A DNA stretch of 45,888 nucleotides from Neoconidiobolus thromboides FSU 785. Lineage: Eukaryota > Fungi > Entomophthoromycota. Both the position numbers and the translations under genes were made by a program. Where the stretch lies: the NCBI GenBank assembly GCA_025603075.1, contig MU626418.1:1-45888 (forward strand). The letters are read 5' to 3'. Shown in pieces: positions 44,640 through 45,888 of the stretch (the first letter of the stretch is position 1; each line of letters begins with the position of its first letter). The notes beneath the pieces are model-generated. The model made no database searches. It saw only the letters and a program-made list of their open reading frames with translations, and had not been told where the DNA came from.

Positions 44640-45888
44640 ATATATTGAAGGGATTTGATAAAAGATCTGAGAATAATTTGTTGTTCAAATTAATATTTGA
44701 ACTAGTTATACTTTTAAAATAGTGGATACTTTTATACTATAACATAAGTAACTTTATCAAAACCATGATTTATTTGTAATTGCTATTAATTAGTTTTTAT
44801 ATGAGATTGATATCATCAGAAGAAGCTACCAGAGTTCTAATTAGCGCTTTTGATTGAATATTGTTATGCTTGTTTATGCAATTCTTTTTCTTTTTTATGA
44901 GATTTTATTCTTATAGTTTTGGAAATTAAAGATCTTAAAGACATACTTTTAAAGAACAACTATTAATCTAAAAATAACATAGTGAAATAACGTAGTTAAT
45001 AGTTCACAATCAACAAGTGACAAATTTGTTATTTGACATTTATTTTAAAAATCATGTTAAAAATATTAAAAGTTACCCTTCAATATAAATTACATTTTGA
45101 AAGTGAGCCTTTAAAAAACCATACTACTATATATTACTATTAAAACATTAATAAATATTATATTTTATAATAATATAATAAAAACAAATAATAAGTACCT
45201 TGGAAAGTTGAGATCAAATTAGATTGTTTTATTTTTATTTCTTATTATAATCATAACCGTTTTAGAAATAGTCATAACTCGTCTATGCTTTTAGAATAAT
45301 TTGAGTAATGCCAAACAATAATAAATTAGGTAACTCAGAGCTAAAGTGCCAAAGACAATCTAGCATGAACTTGAGCTGATTAGTTTAATAAACTTAAAAT
45401 AAAGGACTAAATAATATTTTAACAGGGTATAAAATTCAAATAAAAAGATTAAACTATGAGTGAACTATAGATTGTATGAAAAAACATTTATAAAGTTGCG
45501 CCTATCAATACATCTTAATATATCAATAAGTAAGTTACCATGATATTTATTTCATAATTATTGTATCTATTTATTCTCTATTGTTGTATTCATTATTAAC
45601 TTAGATAATCAAAAATAACATTTCAACCTATAGTTGATATTCATTTCAGATTTAATTTATAAAGTAATAAACAAAACTATATAAGATAAGCAAAAAGACA
45701 TCAACCATATACAAAAAAAATCAAATGTTTCGAGCTTTACCATTCTTACTGTTTATTACTACTACTTTAAGTGAAAATCCCCTTGGATTAACTTATTTAG
45801 ATAAGGACTGTTATAAAATCAGCGATCAAAAAATATGGTTCGAATTAGATATATCCTCAAAGTATCAACGTAATTGTCAGCCTTTACA

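Noticed and set aside
32631-44643. Dispersed ~100-bp repeats as a CRISPR array or satellite
   Set aside because: Copies are irregularly spaced, in both orientations, have TIRs and individual TSDs, and sit in a eukaryotic genome with no cas genes. This fits a MITE.

Overview
AT-rich eukaryotic DNA with short (~45-55 nt) GT-AG introns. The gene set, including 1,3-beta-glucan synthase, marks it as fungal. An early-diverging lineage such as Entomophthoromycotina/Zoopagomycota is my inference, not proven. The window has two compartments. About 1-34 kb is a gene-dense housekeeping block: FYVE-domain protein, tRNA-Asp(GTC), pyroglutamyl peptidase I, FAD synthetase, V-ATPase G, FKS1, Osh6/7-like, SSN6/CYC8, aldo-keto reductase, RAD6/UBC2, DUF1764, SPT6 and LSM12. 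About 34-46 kb is gene-poor and repeat-rich. Its only intact genes are two tandem paralogous secreted 80-aa peptides with 10 cysteines (C-x5-C-x8-C-x3-C-x2-C-x11-CC-x6-CCC) and a defensin/toxin-like CS-alpha-beta signature. It also holds a beta-lactamase-family serine hydrolase pseudogene that the ORF track misses, and a possible LINE remnant. A ~99-bp MITE with GRG..CYC ends and a 4-bp AWWT-type target duplication occurs 14 times, 12 of them after 32.6 kb. Removing one copy restores the pseudogene reading frame exactly. FKS1 carries several substitutions in echinocandin hot spot 1.
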